Notes: generated by a model not told the origin, from the letters alone. A stretch of DNA of 64,000 bases from Octopus vulgaris (GCA_951406725.2 OX597835.1:26164001-26228000); one strand, 5' to 3'; counted from the first letter of the stretch, positions 27,784-42,134 are shown. A program made the numbers and translations.

Positions 27784-28907
27784 ATATATATATATATGTA
27801 TGTATAAAAGCAGAGTAAAGAGCCGAACAAAAGGAAGAAACAAGAAATATTGAAATATATCAATGAAAGAATAAAGAAACAAAGATAAAAGATAAGCGTA
27901 TTTATCCATATATGTATTCGTAAAAATAATTAATGATTGATAGAAAGGATGATAGAAGAAAGAAGAGAAGAAAGACAGTGTGAACAAAAGAAAGGAGTAA
28001 TGATTAACAATAGGGAGAGAGACGAAATTAATTGCATTTATGTTAGCAATAAAAGAAGTAATGATTAATCGATAAAAGAAAAGATGAAAAGGAAAAAAAA
28101 TGAATTAAAAAATACGTATATTCACGTAACAAATAATGTTCTCTAATACAAGCAGAAGGTCACAGATGTGTGAGGATGGGTTGGTCGATAGAATCGAGTA
28201 CAGTGCTTGACCGGTTCGTACTCTAATTTATCGAGCTCGGAAGAATGACAGACGGAGTGGGCCTTCGCGCTATTTGAACCTGGAGTACATATGAACAACT
28301 GCATAAAGTACAGTTCTATATTTGAGAGATTAGGAATTATGCTCATTATTTATATTTGACGGACATTTGTCTTCATATTGTTTGACAAATGTAAATAATG
28401 TAAATAACGAACTGCAAAAGGTTACCGTTTTTATGGTTCCTGGCAATCCACTGGTTTGAACTTCAATCGCTAACACTCAAATTCGAGATTCGGTGACCAG
28501 AACACGAGTGCTGCTTTGTGTTTTCGCCTTCGGAAGGGTGAAAGGTAAAGCTCACCGGATCAGTATTTGAATTCAGAACGTAAAGAAAAAATATTGTTTC
28601 GAGGCTTTTTCCATGAAAGATGCAAAGTCTGATAAAAAAAAAAAAAATATATATAACGTGACTTCTATTTTATTTTACTAACCCTACAAGAATGAAAAGC
28701 GAAGTTACAATTGTGGGATTTGCACATAGAATATACAAAGTCAGAATAAATAGAATATCAATAACAATACCACAAGGCATTTCTCGAAAGCTTTAACAAC
28801 TCCGCCAAATTGCCGCTTAAGAACGGAAATATACACAACCAAATTGTTACAGGGCATTGCAGACACCAATTTACTGATTCTACTACCCTCCGTCATCTCT
28901 ATCTCTC

Positions 28908-29278
28908 TCTATATAAAGCTGAAGTTGTCTGTGTGTGGCAGATTTGGTAGCCTTCAACTAACACTATCTCCTCCGAGACCCCGCGGCGCAAGTTGGCCAA
29001 AATTGAAAGTATGATAGAAGAAAGCTTGCTCTTCCTTCCGAAGGAAAACACATTCCAAAAGGTGCTTTTTTTCTATGAAATTCCCTATTTTTTACGATTT
29101 TTTGGCTGCTGTGTCGCCATTTTTCGGTGTATTTCAACCAGAAAAATGTTCACTTAATAACAAGCTACATAATGTTCACGAGAATAACAAGCTACATAAT
29201 GCAAAAGTTTTACTTTTTCAAAAATTTCAATTCTAAAGGGTCGAAACAAACCCGAGCAACGCCGCGCTATACTGCTAG
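28908..29278 (+). mobile_element. Non-autonomous Helitron-like element
   Basis: 5' TCTATATAAA plus gtctgtgtgt; 3' GC-rich subterminal hairpin cccgagcaacgccgcg followed by CTAG|T. Confidence 0.6.
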
Positions 29279-30331
29279 TATATATATAATACAGTATTAC
29301 AATAAAATCACATCATACTATACTTTAATGTAATGTCTCTTTTTCTTTGCGCCCTTTTCAAGCCTAGCCAGGCTCATGGAGCCGGTTTCCCGGTTTTTGT
29401 GGCGTATATGTTCCTCTTAGCTAGACGGGACGCCAATCCATCGCAGCGTTACTCAAGAAACAGGAAGAAAGAGTGAGAGAAAGTTGGGGCGAAAGAGTAA
29501 AGCAGGGTCGCCACCACCTTCAGCCGGAGCCTCGTGGAGCTTTAGGTGTTTTCTCTCAATAAACACACACAAAGCCCGGTCTGGGAATCGAAACCACGAT
29601 TCTCCGACCGCGAGTCTGCTGCCCTACCCACTGGGCCATTGCGCCTCCACCTTAATGTAATGTAATAAAATATAAAAGTACTTTTTACAAACATTACTGA
29701 ATATGTAATATTAAATTCCACAGCGCTAAACACGTCAACATTTTTACTATACGCATAATCAGCAAACCAAATTAACGGTTGTTTTCTCTCTTTTTTCTTT
29801 AATCGCTTTAAAAAAAGGTTATTTTACTCGAAATATCAAGACTAATTAAACAGATTTAAGACATTTCAAAATCTGGGTCATTGATATTATTGATAATTAA
29901 TATCTGAATTACATTTCTGTTACTCTTCATAGTCTTCCACAACACGCTATTTCCTGGAATATAATACAAGATAATGCAATAAATTACATTAATTACATTA
30001 ATTAAGATCTTCTTTTCCTCTTGTCTTTCGTCAGCAAGTGTTATTTCCTACTTACTTCTATTTAGAAATCAGAGGAAGTGGCTACTATTCCCTTCAACCT
30101 TGCTTTTTTGATCTGGACATCAATGTTTTGAAACTGACCTAATTTCCATTACATTTCAGACAGATTCAGCGTTGAGTTGCTACAGCAGAAATATCGTTAT
30201 AGCAAATATTCTGCTCAACATCACTAATATATACTGTGAGTTATTCTGATCTGTGTCTTGCAGGCATAACTTTTTCTAAATTACTATCTGCTTGTCTGTC
30301 TGTCTGTCTGTCGTCAATCTACATACTAACA

Positions 30332-30417
<86 letters not shown>

Positions 30418-30489
30418 CCTACATCTCTCTCTCTGTACCTATCTACCTACCTACCTATCCATCTATCTATCGATCTATCTGTCTATCTA

Positions 30490-30587
<98 letters not shown>

Positions 30588-30606
30588 CATCCATCTATCT
30601 ATCTAT

Positions 30607-31842
30607 CTAGACTACGTGGGCAGAGATAGGAATAGACAGGGATGCAAATGCCTCAGAAACCTGCTCATGCGCTTTCAACTGTCTGACAGGTACCGAATGC
30701 GCCAACGTGGACATGGAACAACCGCATCGGGTCGTCGAGATCGTATCTAGATAGGATACTGTACAGGACAGTAGACAGAGATAGCGTAGGATCTCCACAA
30801 TTCCACGTAGTCAGCTACACGGATCACAAACTTGTGACATGTACGCTACACTTAGGTAACACACATAGGCAGGGTCCCGGGTACTGGAAACTAAACGCGT
30901 CTTTCCCATCGAGACAGGTTTTCAGAGACCGGATTAGCACACTAGTAAAGAGGGCTTTGACGGGAGCCATCATCAACAACAAATGGTGGTTTGCCCTCAA
31001 GAGAGCAATAAAAGCAGAAGCGATTAGGTACAGCAAAGCACTAGCCATAGATAGAAATAGAGTAGAGGGTGAGCTAATTAAGAAGCTAGAAGAGGCAATT
31101 TGAAGCGGCATCGCTTCCGATGTTTTTGCGGCGAGGTTGGCCCTCGACCAACACTTCAACGCCAAACACGAAGGGTGTGTTGTCAGAGCTAGGATGCGTG
31201 CTCTAAGGAACGAATGTGTTGGAGCCGCACGAGAGGCCCGGGTGGCAGAGGCGGAACAGGGCAACAAAGCCACCATTCGGTCTCTGGTAGATGAACAGGG
31301 ACGCGAATTACTCGAGCCAAGTAAAATGTGTGAGGCCTTTCAACAGCATGTTGCCCGACTGTTCGGGACGAGTGGCGGGCAAGAACGTAGGGTGGACTTC
31401 AGTGCCTACCTACGCAGCCCGACATGACTCTCCACAAGAGAGGCAGGGCGCTGCGAAGATGCCATCACGGCGGCGGAAGTGCGGGACGCGATAGCAGAAT
31501 GTTCGAGGGACAAATCGCCGGGTTTGGATGGTCTACTCTACGAGCTTTACAGTTGTATGCCAGACTTGCTTGGAGACGTCTTGGCAGCGGTGTACTGCAA
31601 CTGGCAGCAAAACGAGAGTATCCCTGGTTTCGTGAGCCGAGGAGCCGTAACACTGCTGAAGAAAGATCTAAAGAAGGGGAGGGGGACGTAATAGATAACT
31701 TTAGGCCCATCACTCTGCTTAATGCAGACTTGAAAATTTTGGCCAAGGTGTTAGCCAAGAGGTTAGCGCTTGTCATCGAGAAACTGGTCGACAAGGCGCA
31801 AACGTGCGCCGTGCCGGGCCGGAGCATCCATGACGACCTCCA
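30607..31842 (+). pseudogene. Tx1/L1-clade LINE ORF2 fragment (APE C-terminus, linker, RT start)
   Basis: SYLDRI..TDHKLV, GPGYWKLNAS, DKSPGLDGL.YELY, NFRPITLLNADLKILAKVLAKRL, QTCAVPGRSIHD. It has stops and frameshifts, with (ATCT)n on both sides. Confidence 0.9.
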
Positions 31843-32391
31843 TCTATCTATCTGTCTATCTGTCAATCTATCTTTTTTTTTCCTTTCTACGATCCCTGTT
31901 GATCGAAAACCTACTCCAACTTTTTCCTTCCCAAAAAGAAAAGCCCTACTTTGTAATTTGTCCCGCCTGTATCCAGCTCTGTGTGGCTAATAAAGAAACA
32001 TATTTACCTGCCTGTATGTTTGTATGTCCACCTGTCTGTCTGTCTGTCTGTCTATTCGTCTACATATCTTTCTATGTATGTATGTATGTATGTATGTATG
32101 TATGTATGTATGTATGTATGTATGTATGTATGTGTCTGTCTAACTGTATGTATGTAGGCATGCATTTATGTATATTTAAGATTCGTTTCTATATATATAT
32201 ATCCATGTGTGTATATTTATATGTGTATAAATGTGTCTGCGTGTGTGTGCTTGAAAAATTTATGATGCGTGTTTGTGTATGTGTGTGCCTCAATCAATAC
32301 ATCTTCGGATACAAAATCGCGCTATCTTAGAATATAAAATATAAATGTCTACACAAATAACAATAAGCCCAAAGAAAAAAAGAGGGAGTAA

Positions 32392-32435
<44 letters not shown>

Positions 32436-32754
32436 TATAGAAGAGTGAGAGAGACAATGAGAAAGGTACGTAGAAGAGAGAGAGAGGTGGTAGACAGGAG
32501 AGGGAGAGCTTAATGTATAAATATATATATACGTATATGTGTATATTAGTATGTGTGTATTTGTTTCTCTATGTGTGTGCGTATGTGTGAGCGCGCGCGT
32601 GCGCGCGTGTGTGTGTCTGTTCAGAGTATGCGCATGCGAACGGTTAAGAGAATTAGGATATAGATTAGATGAAGACTTATATATTGATGGAAATGTGTGA
32701 ATATCTGTGATGCTTTGCGCTTTGCATTAAGTGTTTGGGGAGAAAGAGATAGGG

Positions 32755-32830
<76 letters not shown>

Positions 32831-33399
32831 AAAGAGCAAAACAGAGAGAGAGAGAGAGGGAGAAGTGTGAGAGAATGAGAGCGACGTCTGATAACGATCA
32901 CTGTAGAAGCTAACTGTAAAAGCAAACCATGTTTGCAAAATATTGTCGAAGACAAGAGAGAAAGAGAAACAGAATTAACGAGAAAATTTTTTAGTTATTT
33001 GTTATTTAAAAGTTAAACCGAGACAAACTGAAATCGACATTTTCTTACCTTGAAAAAGCGAATAAGGAAATTCGTTTAGCAAAGAAGACAAAAAAGTGTG
33101 AGTTTACTAGCAACAGTTCTAAAACTCAATTTATTCGTAAATAAAGTAGTAATAACAATGATGAAGATGATGATGATGACGACAATGACGACGGCCGCAC
33201 CTCCCACCACCACCACCACCATCACCACCAACATTGACGCCGCCGTAGCCGCTGTCGCTGTCACCGCTAACCACCACCAACGCAGCACTCGTTTTAATCA
33301 TTTCAGATTTTGGTACGGGGCCACCAGTTTTTCAGTTAGTCGATCACATCTAGGGCTAACCGATTTACTTCCACTTCAGACCTCAACTAGTGATTTTTA

Positions 33400-33525
33400 A
33401 AAATCGACCCCGAAAGGATGAAAGGCAAATTCGACCTTGGCGGAATTTGAACTCAGAACGTAAAGACAGACGAAATACCGCTAGGCATTTTGCCCGGCGT
33501 GTTAACGGTTTTGCTAGCTGGCGAC
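33400..33525 (-). mobile_element. SINE family A 5' part
   Basis: tRNA-like head and core on the minus strand. Confidence 0.78.
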
Positions 33526-33526
33526 C

Positions 33527-33527
<1 letters not shown>

Positions 33528-33590
<63 letters not shown>

Positions 33591-33880
33591 ATGCCCTGAA
33601 GCAGTACCAAGCAGTGGTTCTCGTGGCTTCTGATCTTAACTGATTGAAAATGTTATCATGTACATTGGTTTGTCTTGGTATAAAAGATGGGCTACTGCAA
33701 ATATTCTGTTCCATACCACAGATTTGCTTGTCAGTTGTTTGACCGTAACCAGTTGAGCGTGTCCCTTAGTGGCTGACGATATGTGCATCTCTGATCACGA
33801 GCAAAAATAGTGGGGGAACATCATAGCCATGTGCTGAGAACAATTCTTTGGGATTTGAATAATTCACCCCTGGAAACAGG
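33528..33880 (-). mobile_element. Probable non-LTR element 3' end abutting (TAA)n
   Basis: Higher-complexity block ending in a pure (TAA)n run; a short related piece (gcaaatattctg.tc.a) occurs at ~30200. The family is not identified. Confidence 0.35.
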
Positions 33881-33889
33881 TCAGGCGGT

Positions 33890-34380
33890 ATTGTATGGCA
33901 GTATGATTAATGCTATATAAGCATTCGCCACCTCCAACCGAACGTACATAGGTAGCTTTCTCTTGGCTCATTTCCGTGTGTGATTGGCCAGCCTGCTCGT
34001 CACCTCGTCCCAGTTCTTCTCCTCCTGGAGATCTGGACCAATCGAGAACCCGAGCAATTTAACCGGTCCCTCCGTCCAGCGTCTCACTATGTTATTGGAC
34101 GACATGGATTTGCCTCTCCAGGTGTCGAGCTGCAGTCTCACTGATTTTTCTTGGTTAAGTTTTGCTCCTGTCACCGCTTCGTATCCTTTTAGAGCAGTGC
34201 CGACCAGGTCTATGGGCCTAGTGTTCGATATTATGATAGCGACGTTGTTTCCGTTTGCCGATACAGTTCTTCCACGTCCTAGTTCGCTCCAATTCCCGCA
34301 GTAGTCGCTCTAGATCCACTATATACAGAAGAGACAAGAGCGGACAACCTTGACGAACTGAGCCCAGGATGCTGAATGGT
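33890..34380 (-). pseudogene. Tx1/L1-clade LINE RT C-terminal fragment
   Basis: SVRQGCPL, YEAVTGAKLNQEKS, PVKLLGFSIGPDLQEEKNWDEV. Confidence 0.85.
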
Positions 34381-34974
34381 TCCCGAAGCTAATTCCTCAG
34401 AGAAAGCTGTGATCCCTTTATTCAGCTCCACCTTGCTCTCTTTTTTCTGAAAACGTTGGCGTGTGTTTAAAGGGACATTTTGCTGCTATTTCTAACATAT
34501 CCAGCTCTCTCGCTAATATCTCTTTCCTCTCTCTCTCTCTCTCTCTCTTTGTAGCTCATCAGACACCATATTTACATATATATTTATACTAATTACCTCA
34601 GTATTAGTCGAGTGATGCAATGCCTTGCATTGTTTGGTAACCTCTCTTGAAGTTCAAAGTTCAATCCCGCTACCGACAGCTTTTATTGTCACACTTATGG
34701 GGTCGATGAAGTGAAGATACTAGCGATTGCCTATGGATTCCGCTGTACATCGCCATCGCAAACATATCTTGCTTTTATCAATGTTAAAAATATTTAACAG
34801 CTTATCTGTATAGTAATACCATAACTTAAAAATAACAGATTTAAAAGGTTCTCAAATGGTCAGAGTACTTGGTATATTCAGCCTTTAGGAAAAGAAAAAA
34901 AAATGATAAAAATTCTGAAAGAAATATAATCGTAGATAGATTTCCTTTTAATTTATAATTCGGCTTGATCAGTA

Positions 34975-35466
34975 CGAAGAAGAAAGAGAAGAAGAAGAAG
35001 AAGAAGAAGAAGAAGAAGAAGAAGAAGAAGAAGAAGAAGAAGAAGAAGAAGAAGAAGAAGAAGAAGAAGAAGAAGAAGAAGAAGAAGAAGAAGAAGAAGA
35101 AGAAGAAGAAGAAGAAGAAGAAGAAGAAGAAGGAGGAGGAGGAGGAGGAGGAGAAGAAGAAGGAGAAGAAGAAGAAGAAGAAGAAGAAGAAGAAGAAGAA
35201 GAAGGAGGAGGAGGAGGAGGAGAAGAAGAAGAAGAAGAAGAAGAAGGAGGAGGAGGAGAAGAAGAAGAAGAACGAGAAGAAGAAGAAGAAGAAGAAGAAG
35301 GAGGAGGAGGAGAAAAAGAAGAAGAAGAAGAAGAGGGAGGAGGAGGAGAAGAAGAAGAAGAAGAAGAGGGAGGAGAAGAAGAAGAAGAAGAAGAGGAAGG
35401 AGAAGGAGAAGAAGGAGAAGAAGAAGGAGAAGAAGAAGGAGAAGAAGAAGGAGTAGAAGAAGAAGA
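34975..35466. repeat. ~490-bp (GAA)n/(GAG)n polypurine tract
   Basis: Direct reading. Confidence 0.97.
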
Positions 35467-37344
35467 ACAACAACAACAGAGCAGCAGCAACAAAAAAGCA
35501 GTCGGTGTATTGACCAAGACGAAAGGACAGGCACTCGAAGTCGTTGGGCAAAAGCTATAATGACAGGATGTACAGTGTCCTATGTTAAGCCGAGGAACTT
35601 TATATTATTCGATCTCCCACTTCGGAACTGCGCATAGCAATTTAACACATATTAACTGCGAGAAGCACATTCAATTCCATTCAGCCAAATTGAACACTGG
35701 ATCCTTTTGATGCATGATGACTATTAACTGACGTCAAAGACCATGTGATTACTTCAAAGTGTAGAAAATGTATTTAAAGCGTTATTAATCATTTCGGTTC
35801 CATCCGCTTACGCGCACAATCGTCCAAAGGCCTTTTTAACCAATAGCTTCATTCGCATAACACATAATTCCTTTTACCCAATATATGGATGCGCATATTT
35901 CAGACGCGAGACTTTTAACTCAAGGCTCTATAGTTACTTTTATGTCCTTTTTTTATTATCAGAGATTACACAGAAATTATGTATGTGCATAGACGCAGAG
36001 AGCCCCCACCACCACCATATCTACATATATAAACATACGTGTTTTGTATAGAAATACTTTGTCTATCATTTGTGAGCACATGTCTGGTGAAACTCTGTTT
36101 CTGTGACTTCGTGTAGGTGGATATCCGTTTGATTGCACGCATCTTAAATCAATTTTCCTAGTCATATTTACCTATTTTCTCTTCTTTATATTTTACTTCA
36201 AGAAAAGTGAGCTAAAAATAAAAGACTTGTATATACAAACGCATACTAATGGAGACATAAAATAAAAATAAGATGATTAAATGAATGAGTTTCAAATCCT
36301 TTGTCTGCGAAAATGACTTTTTTCTTCAAACTTGTCTAGCAAATACACATTTTTAAATGTAATAATAAATTTACTGTGAATGATTTCATGATAGATTAAA
36401 TCTGAATAAGTGATTTACAGACAAAGAAAGGAAATAATAAAAGAAGCAAACTATTTTTTTTTTAAAAAAAGGAAGGTCGTAGATGAATAAATAATGAAAG
36501 AAAATATGGCCTCTATTCGCTTTAATAGTAAATTCGGCGTAAAATATGTTTGCATGTGTGACGTATGCCAGCCATTGCTGAGAACGTCAATGACCGGAAG
36601 TGTACTTGTAACTAGAATTGTCGTTCTAATCGCCATTGTGCTTTACTGCAAATCATTCTTGATCTAGCAGAATTATGGCGACTGCAGTTCCAAGCGTCGA
36701 TCTACATGCTTTCTTTTTATTTATTTTCAACCAATGATGTATCAAGTACTACATTATAAACTATGTTCTTCCCCTTCTGAAAAAACAAGGTCTGTTGATG
36801 GTTTGGGTTTGGATTTTGCTGCTATTTTTAGCCAACCTGCGTCTGTGTAGATGTGCACGTATCGAGTCACGTTCAGTTGGTTTTGTTCTTATTTCACCAC
36901 CATATTAAAATGGACCTTTGAGCAAAAGTGTTCTAACAGTTATCCTTTATTTGGGGGCGGAGCAGAGGAGAGGAGTGCATTTTTCGTTTTTCAGATATAA
37001 TTTATATCGGACTACAGAGAAGTTTAAATGTTAAAATGTAGAGAGCAAGCAGGGTTGCAGGGAGGAAGTAGGAGGCGCAGTGCAGGTTATGCGTCACGAT
37101 CTGAAATGTAAGAGTTTTTCTAACCTGATCACGGGGGACTAATTTATCCAATGTCGATTGCTTCCATTACAGTCTGCATATTGTGATGAACTAAATCTAC
37201 CAACATTATGATGGATCTCCGAACCCCAGAAACAGCTGTTGGTCTTATAACACTTTACTTCCCCTGTTTAATTTTCACTCTCATTTGTACTCTGTGTAAG
37301 TTTGGTCTATTAAGTATAAATATACAGATATTTATAATTAAATA

Positions 37345-37379
<35 letters not shown>

Positions 37380-37384
37380 GCCTG

Positions 37385-37449
<65 letters not shown>

Positions 37450-37544
37450 ATGTCTGTCTGTAGGTCTGTATGTTTGTCTATCTATGCGTCTGGCTGTCTG
37501 TCTGCCTTTCAGTCCAACTACATGTGTTTGTGTGTAGGTGGGTG

Positions 37545-38223
37545 TATCATCGGCTCCAGCTCGTATCCGAGCACTGGGTTCGTCAAATTCCGTCCAGTCT
37601 CCTCGGCTGATGTTTGTGCCGAAAGTGACTTTGGAGTCCAAGTCGCTGGTGAAAGAGTCGTGTGCAGAACTCGCCTGAGATGGTCGGTGCAGGTCGAGGA
37701 TGTTGCAGACGCTTCTCCTGCGTTTTGTCACCTCATTCTGTAGTCTCCTCCACTCGAAGGAGCTGGCTCCATTGCGGATAGCAGACCTCCTGGCTGTCCT
37801 ATCCATGGCAATCTGTTTCCATGAGGATGGCTGGATGTTAACTTGAACCAAGTTCCGTTTGAGCTGGTCTTTAAAACGGAATTTCGGACCAACTCTGGCT
37901 CTTGTTCCGATGGCATTATCCACTCCGCCTTCGGCGAACTCAGCCAACGTGTATTCTTCAAGCACGTGCTGACCATCCAGGCAAAGATCATGGTCTCCGG
38001 TGCCATTGTCCTGTCAATTCTACCCTACTCTTGTGAGACTAGGACGTTGTACCACCATGACTTGAATGCTTCCAGCAATCTAAACTACGACAGATCCTCA
38101 ACATACAATGGGAAGGTCATGTTACCAAAAACGAGGTTCCGCATCGCGCCTCACTGTCAAGTGTCGAAGCCACCATTCTTCACCATCGACTCCACAGCGT
38201 ATGGAGCCCTCTCGTCTCCCAAG
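37545..38223. pseudogene. RTE-clade LINE 3' end with inverted 5' segment
   Basis: Minus 37545-~37910: GTRARVGPKFRFKDQLKRNL..WKQIAMDRTARRSAI. Plus ~37910-38223: SAFGELSQRVF..KIMV..IVLSILPYSCET..RMEPSRLP. Confidence 0.82.
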
Positions 38224-38687
38224 GTGTGTGTATACATACATGCATGCATACATACATGCATACATACAAACATACATACATACATACATACATACATACA
38301 TACATACATACATACATACATGCATACATACATACATATATATACATACACACATACATACATACACACGTACATATATACATATACATACATACATACA
38401 TACATACATACATACATACATACATACATACATACATACATAGAGTTTAACAGTGGTAAGCGCGGAAGTAAAGATAACCATATAAATTACAGCATAAAAT
38501 AATACATACATGTATACCTACCTACCTACCTAACTACATACATACATAAATACATAAATACATATATATATATATATACATAAATACGTGTGTGTGTGTG
38601 TGTGAGCATGTTGAATCATTGGTAATATTTTCACTTTACTTCCCCCGTTTAATGTTCTCTGTCGTTTGGTCTATTAATATAAATATA

Positions 38688-39560
38688 TGATTGATTGATT
38701 GATTGATTCTAGTTTCAGCTTATGAGCTGTGGCCATGCTGGGGCACCGCCATTTGGTGTTGCTACTTGGTTTCACTTCACGAAAGCTTTCTAGCAACTGC
38801 CATTTGGTGCATGAGATAGTTCGATGCAGCTGCCCTCATCTGCCCCTCCTGCCGTGAAGTTGGTTCATCTGGGACACCTGACAGGAAGAGATCCAGCTTC
38901 ATTTTAAAGACATCTGCATCCACCCCATGCAGGTCTCTCAGGTTCTTCGGGAGGATATTGAAGAGCTGTGGGCCTCGGAAGCCCAGGCTATCACAGAATC
39001 TTGTCCTACATCTTGATGGCAAGTTTGGAGTCCTAGGCACCACGCAGTGGCGCCCAGTTCTGGCATTTGCGTAACTCTCGATGCCAAAGTTTAGGACACG
39101 TCCCTCCAGGATCTTCCAGATGTATATTATGGCATATCTTTCCCGCCTACGCTCCAGGGAATATAGTTTTAATCTCTTGAGTCTTTCCCAGTAGCTTACA
39201 TTCTGCATAGAGGCTATCTTCTTCGTGTAGCTACGTTGGATCGCCTCGAGCTCTGTGATCAACTTGACACTGGATGGTGACCATAACTGAGAGCAGTAGT
39301 CAAAGTGGCTTAGGACAAGTGTCCTCCAGAGGACCATCATGGTTTCTTGTTCTCTTGTTCTAAAGGTTCTGAGGATCCATCCGGCCAGTCGTCTACATTT
39401 CATTGCCAATTTAGCAACATGTACACGAAAGGTCGCGTCATTACTCATGTAAATACCTAGGTCACGCACTGATTGTGCCTCTGGGATTGCTATTCCTCCG
39501 GGTCCAGTGTATTCATTAGGTATTGCATTTAGTTTTGCATGCTGATAGAGCTTGAAACTT
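38688..39560 (-). mobile_element. CR1-group LINE, 5'-truncated 3' end with (ATCA)n tail
   Basis: ORF 38777-39568: VRDLGI, LVLSHFDYCSQLWSP, LEAIQRSYTKKI, SYWERLKRLKLYSLERRRER. A short 3' UTR with a stem-loop and a tetranucleotide tail follows. Confidence 0.88.
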
Positions 39561-39688
39561 TTCAACATATATATATTTAAATATTCATCTATCTCTCTGT
39601 CTCTATCTATCTATCTCTCTAGCTATCTATCTATCAAACTATCTGTCTATATATCTCTTTATCTCTCTCTCTCTCTCTCTCTCTCTAC

Positions 39689-39768
<80 letters not shown>

Positions 39769-39792
39769 ATATCTATCTATCTATCTACCTAC

Positions 39793-39862
<70 letters not shown>

Positions 39863-40012
39863 GTGTATCGAATCTATTTGTGCGTGTATATGTGTGTGTG
39901 TGTGTGTCTATGAGTCAGCCTCTCAGTCCAACTATATAGATTTCTACATGTTTGTGTGTGTTTGCACGTAGGTGTGTACATACATACATAAATACATACA
40001 TACATACACACA

Positions 40013-40084
<72 letters not shown>

Positions 40085-40449
40085 TATGTTGAATCATTAG
40101 TAATATTTTATTAATTATTAATTATTTGTAATATCATAATAGAAATCCCATGAAATTATAATTTATTAAAAGGGCTAATATAAGGGTGTCAGTAAAAGCG
40201 TCACGGTATCATGTTTGTCTCTCTTTTGTTTCGCCACCGCTTACAATATTTGACGTCATCGATGCTGAACTGACCTTGAATTGCTATTTGGGCCATTGAC
40301 AGCCCGCAAATGAATATTGATTATCAATGACAATGGTGATCATTATCAATCATTAGTCAGTCTTCTAAAATTTTCCAGGAATGAGAGAAGAGTAAGATGT
40401 AGTGTGAAGGAAAAAATTCGATAATGGATGATGTGTAAGTGAATCTGTA

Positions 40450-40550
<101 letters not shown>

Positions 40551-40714
40551 ATGTATGCTTGCATGCATGTAAACGCGTATATTGTGTATGTATGCATATA
40601 TGTATGTATATTTGTATGCATGTATCTATGAGTGTACGTACATATGTATGCACGCACGCATGTGTATTTCTCTGTGTGTATGTATATATATATATATGCA
40701 CTGGCGAAAATAAA

Positions 40715-40980
40715 TTTATGGCAAAAGATTCCCATAGAATTTGTAATCACTTAGCGAATTCAATGCCGAGGCGTTGTTCAGCCGTTATTAAGAATAAAGG
40801 CTACGGCACAAAGTACTAATATGTATTTCGTTCTTGTTGCTAATTTTTGCTACAATCTTAAGCTTTAAATAAAATTATAATGACACGGTCTTAAACTAAT
40901 TTTACCGGTAAATTTGAAACGTTTATATTAATTTAGAATTAGAATTCTTCAAGTTGTATAAAAATAGTTATTGTCTGCCT
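40715..40980 (+). mobile_element. Tc1 transposase C-terminal relic
   Basis: CNHLANSMPRRCSAVIKNKGYGTKY*. Confidence 0.7.
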
Positions 40981-41105
40981 CATTCGAAAGAGAAATAAAT
41001 TCTGCATAAGGTGTAAAAGATGAAAATAATTTGTATGGTGTTAGTAACAAAATATTTTGCAAGAAATAGAACTTTTATCTTCCGTCTTGAATTTATTTTC
41101 GCCAG

Positions 41106-41165
<60 letters not shown>

Positions 41166-41324
41166 AATTGGAGGTTGTGTGAACATCATGAAGGGATGGT
41201 TTCATCCTAGGAAAAACTGGTTCAATACCTAGCAGTTTGGGGAATGAATTTCCTTAAAATGATAGGTATATATAAAAACATATAGCTTATATTTATACTA
41301 AAGAAGAAAAAGAAAATGGAGATT

Positions 41325-41642
41325 AAGAAGTTAATAATTGTTTATTATTAACAGCAAATTGGTCATCTTCACTTACAGCCATTTCTATTAATACTCAGTT
41401 AACATTAAATTTATATTTATGCGACATGAGCATAATATCATTTGAGGAAAAGAGATGTAAATTTGGATGCTACATGTGTGTTTGTGAATTCATTTTAGCA
41501 TCAAAGAGTGCATATTTTTTCTCTAGTGATATTATGTTTATGTAGCATAAATGTAATTCTAATGTTTATGGATTATTAATAGAAACGGCTGTAAGTAAAG
41601 ATGACCAATTTCATGTTAAAAATAAACAATTATTAACTTCTC
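41325..41642. repeat. ~70-bp inverted repeat pair (probable pLTR remnant)
   Basis: 41325-41392 is the reverse complement of ~41575-41642; the arm carries gaaacggctgtaag, like the 22364 hammerhead half. Confidence 0.6.
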
Positions 41643-41999
41643 AATCCCCAATTTCTTCTTTTAAATGTTTATATATATATATATATATATATATATGGAT
41701 TAGTGTTATCATTATTACTAGGTATGTGTGTGTGAGTGTGTGAAACGAACTTATGAAACCTCGTGTCAGGCTTGCATTCCTCCACCATACATGTACACGC
41801 GTACATACATGAATATATATATATACATGATATACATGCATGCTTACACAAGTACACACATATACTTACTTGCACAATACACACACACACACGTATGTAT
41901 GCAATGTAGACAAACAATACATATATGTATGAATTAGCGAGTGTATGTTTCTGTATGTATATATATTTATTTAATGCATCTTCGTGCTTTGAGGACAAA

Positions 42000-42130
42000 T
42001 TCTGCCGAATTCCACTTTGCCGTTCATCCTTTCGGGGTCGATGAAATAAGTACCAGTTGTGGATTGGGGTAAATGTAATCGACTATTCTCCCTCCCCAAA
42101 TTTCAGTCTTCCTTTCAGGCCTATAGGAGA
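42000..42130 (+). mobile_element. SINE family A 3' part running into the (TTA)n array
   Basis: ctttgccgttcatcctttcggggtcgatgaaataagtaccag core. Confidence 0.72.
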
Positions 42131-42134
42131 ACTG

